Below, piece after piece: positions 61,413-64,000 of a stretch of 64,000 nucleotides of DNA (the stretch's first letter is position 1; each line of letters starts with the position of its first letter). The stretch covers positions 53,712-117,711 of the IMG/VR virus record IMGVR_UViG_3300037488_000489; one strand, written 5' to 3'. The position numbers and the translations under genes were made by a program. The notes beneath the pieces are model-generated. The model was not told the origin of the DNA and ran no database searches. It saw only the letters and a list, made by a program, of their open reading frames with translations. This DNA is from a virus. Taxonomy: Duplodnaviria; Heunggongvirae; Uroviricota; Caudoviricetes.

Positions 61413-64000
61413 ATGAAAGACCAAATATTAAAGATTGCTAAAGTAAAATCTGAGAAGGAATTCTACAAGAAGTATCCTACAGAAGAAGCATTTATGGCTA
61501 AACATGGTAAGCAATTAAAAAAAGCTGCTATGGGAACCCAGATGGTTCAAACACAGTTAAAACAATTGACTGACTTTGGCAATCCTCCTATAGCCCAAAA
61601 TGGTATAGGAATTATTCCTTTTGAGCAAGAGAGAATTAAAGCTAGAGCTACCATAATGGGTATAACTCCTGAGGAATTAATGAAACAAGAAGCAGCTCAA
61701 GCTGCTCAAGCTTCTGGTGGTGGTGGAGGTGGTATACTTGGTGATATAATTGGTCAAGCAGCATCTTTTATCAGTCCTGACATGATAAAAGGTCTTATTG
61801 CAGAGAATGGTGATAGTCTTCCAAAAGCTTATGGTGGTGATGAAATTGGTGGTATTCCTAGTTGGTTAACCTTAGGAAATAATAATCCTTTAACTGCTCC
61901 TGCTACATATAACAAATGGACAGGTCTTGTTAATGGATCAAAGAATGCTGCTGGACAACAAGTTGTTACACAAGCAGCTACAGATAAAGCATTTGGTGCA
62001 GGTCAACTTCCAGCAGGTGCTGGTGGTGGTGGTATGAACGCAAGTTTAAAGACAGCAGGAATGTCTGCACTTTCTGCACTTCCTTCACTTATTGGTAGTG
62101 TACAAGCTATAGGACAAAGAAGTAAAAATAAAGGTAAATTAAAAGTGGGTGTAAAGGTAAGTGACCTTGTAAAAAGAGCTGCTGAATCAAGACCTGTATA
62201 TCAACCTAATCAACAAATATGGCATCCTTGGGATAAACCAGCACAACCTGGAGAATTAAGTAATTCTTATGGTCAAAATACAAACTATTTAAGTGCTGCT
62301 AATGGTACACAGATTCAAAATACTTATGCTCCTACAAATACATTATATGATGATCTTGGATATGAACCATTAAATGAAAGTGATGTTAAACAATATCAAA
62401 ATGGTGGTAAGGCTAAAAAAGTTAAGTTTGATCCAAGCACTTATAAAAGTAGACCTGAGGCAGAGTCATCTGCTATAAAATCTGTAACTAATTCATTATT
62501 ATCAGCTGGAGCTGGAGGAGCTGACTCAAATGATTTTAGTAACTATTCTACAACTATTAATAAATATGCTAATATGGGGAATGATACCTCATACATGTAT
62601 ACACGTAATACTCCTATAGGAACTGAAGAGTTTTTCCATAATACAAACCAAGGAAATCCTATTTCTCAATTACGTAGAGGTAAAGAATTTATTAACTTAA
62701 GCCCTGATCAAGTAAATGCATATAAGCAAAAAGTATTAACAGGAACAGGTGGATTTGAACAAGGTGGTAAAGTAGATAAAGCTCAATTTGGTATAGAGAT
62801 GCTTTCAGGTCCTGCAGGAAGTATTGGTGGTGGAATAGGTAGTTTAATAGGTGGTGGAGATTTTGAAGGAAGTCCTGAAGGAGATATTGGTTCCACCTTA
62901 GGATCAATTGCTGGTTCATTCATTCTTCCTGGTGTAGGAACTGTAATTGGTGGAGCACTTGGAGGACTTATAGGTGGTATATTTGGAGGAGATGAACAGA
63001 GACAAATAAAAGAGCTTCAAACTAAATTAAATGAAAATACAGATCTTGCAGCAGGACAATCAACAATACAGGGTATAGATCAACAATATAGTGCAAATAG
63101 AAAAGATGGTGGATGGGTAAGTCATGATTGGCAGCCACAAGTAATTACCAAGTTTGGTGATTATGATGTTAAAGATTTGTTAAAGCCTCCTCATGATGCA
63201 GATATGTTAAGAGCTGGTGGCACTGTTGGATTTGAACATTATACACCTCCTAGTGCAGAAGCATTACAAACATATGAATATGGTGGACAGATGGCTATGG
63301 GAGGCGATTTACAGGTACATCAGGGTAAAGCTGATACAATCTCTTATAATCCATTCTTACCTAAGGGTGGGGAGACAGTGATGTTTAAAGGCCCTTCTCA
63401 TGCTAATGGTGGTATGGATATTTCTTATGGACAGAATGGTGTAGAGGTGGAAGGTGGTGAACCAGGAGTTATATTAAAAGATGGTGGCAATGTACAAAAA
63501 GATGAAAATCTTGTGATATATGGTAATATTAAATTTGATGAACTTGGTGCAAAACAATTAGGTGATCCAAAGGCTGAGGGTAAAAAAATTAAAAACTATA
63601 TGAATGATGTAAGTAAAGATGAGACTAAACAAAATAAGCTTAGACAAAAAGGTCTTGAATTAATAGATGAAACTGATCTATTAAGAATGGGAACTGTACA
63701 AGCTATAGATTTAGGAACAACTGCAAAGCTTAAACTTGCTGCTCAAAGAAAGATAGATGGTGCTGCTATACAAGAAGCTTATAATAAGACTGCTAAAGAG
63801 TATGGATATAAAGATGCAGGGAAGTTTATAGATGATGTTCGTAAAGGATCTGTTAAACAACTTGAACCCATTGATGATTCAGAAACAGCTCAAAATGGTG
63901 TAGGTCTTCCAAATAATTACAATCCAGAATTATTACAGAAATTAATGTATAATGGTATTCAACAAAATCCTATTGTTACACCATTTACAAAAGAAAATAC
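61413..64000 (+). CDS. large Gly-rich virion protein, 3' end beyond window (candidate tape-measure/ejection protein)
   Basis: Manual translation from ATG 61413 (MKDQILKIAKVKSEKEFYKK...) is stop-free to the window end (over 860 aa). Contains glycine-zipper hydrophobic stretches (GSIGGGIGSLIGGG, GVGTVIGGALGGLIGGIFGG). Confidence 0.55.
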   Translation, partial: MKDQILKIAKVKSEKEFYKKYPTEEAFMAKHGKQLKKAAMGTQMVQTQLKQLTDFGNPPIAQNGIGIIPFEQERIKARATIMGITPEELMKQEAAQAAQASGGGGGGILGDIIGQAASFISPDMIKGLIAENGDSLPKAYGGDEIGGIPSWLTLGNNNPLTAPATYNKWTGLVNGSKNAAGQQVVTQAATDKAFGAGQLPAGAGGGGMNASLKTAGMSALSALPSLIGSVQAIGQRSKNKGKLKVGVKVSDLVKRAAESRPVYQPNQQIWHPWDKPAQPGELSNSYGQNTNYLSAANGTQIQNTYAPTNTLYDDLGYEPLNESDVKQYQNGGKAKKVKFDPSTYKSRPEAESSAIKSVTNSLLSAGAGGADSNDFSNYSTTINKYANMGNDTSYMYTRNTPIGTEEFFHNTNQGNPISQLRRGKEFINLSPDQVNAYKQKVLTGTGGFEQGGKVDKAQFGIEMLSGPAGSIGGGIGSLIGGGDFEGSPEGDIGSTLGSIAGSFILPGVGTVIGGALGGLIGGIFGGDEQRQIKELQTKLNENTDLAAGQSTIQGIDQQYSANRKDGGWVSHDWQPQVITKFGDYDVKDLLKPPHDADMLRAGGTVGFEHYTPPSAEALQTYEYGGQMAMGGDLQVHQGKADTISYNPFLPKGGETVMFKGPSHANGGMDISYGQNGVEVEGGEPGVILKDGGNVQKDENLVIYGNIKFDELGAKQLGDPKAEGKKIKNYMNDVSKDETKQNKLRQKGLELIDETDLLRMGTVQAIDLGTTAKLKLAAQRKIDGAAIQEAYNKTAKEYGYKDAGKFIDDVRKGSVKQLEPIDDSETAQNGVGLPNNYNPELLQKLMYNGIQQNPIVTPFTKEN

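Overview
The window is a 64 kb piece of a tailed dsDNA phage genome, AT-rich and with no Shine-Dalgarno signals. Two promoters of the form TTG-N19-21-TAnnTTTG point to a Bacteroidetes (probably Flavobacteriia) host. It holds two divergent modules separated by a 924-bp non-coding control region at 26108..27031.

**Minus-strand module (1..26107), replication and host takeover:**
- family-B DNA polymerase, thioredoxin, DnaB-like and SF2-like helicases, a primase-like protein and a P-loop ATPase
- a UNG-family uracil-DNA glycosylase homolog whose catalytic Asp is replaced by Ala
- a ParB-like nuclease, an HNH endonuclease and a PD-(D/E)XK nuclease
- a MORC/Hsp90-like GHKL ATPase next to a protein with DnaJ-type CxxCxGxG zinc fingers
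- five consecutive small membrane proteins
- a phage-encoded tmRNA (ssrA) at 20348..20758 with a tag reading frame ending ...YALAA-stop

**Plus-strand module (27032 to the window end), packaging and virion genes:**
- HU-like protein, large terminase, putative portal, SPFH-domain protein, acidic scaffold-like protein and capsid or major structural proteins
- a tail-collar fiber, and a collagen-like (Gly-X-Y) tail fiber with a C-terminal S74-type intramolecular-chaperone domain
- a BNR/Asp-box beta-propeller protein, a metallophosphatase, and giant 1543-aa and 1519-aa structural proteins
- a large open-ended glycine-rich ORF running off the window

**Unusual signals:**
- the tmRNA
- the degenerate UDG homolog
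- the GHKL plus zinc-finger plus nuclease cluster
- two families of duplicated N-terminal anchor modules on five tail-appendage proteins at two loci
- poly-Thr linkers in many structural proteins
- AGGWGGKGTATC repeats and an intrinsic terminator framing the first early gene
- TTGTCAA repeats, a perfect inverted repeat and a G7-ATTTA-G7 element in the control region
- a GC-rich structured leader at 37034..37202

All functional calls rest on motifs read by eye; no database searches were run.
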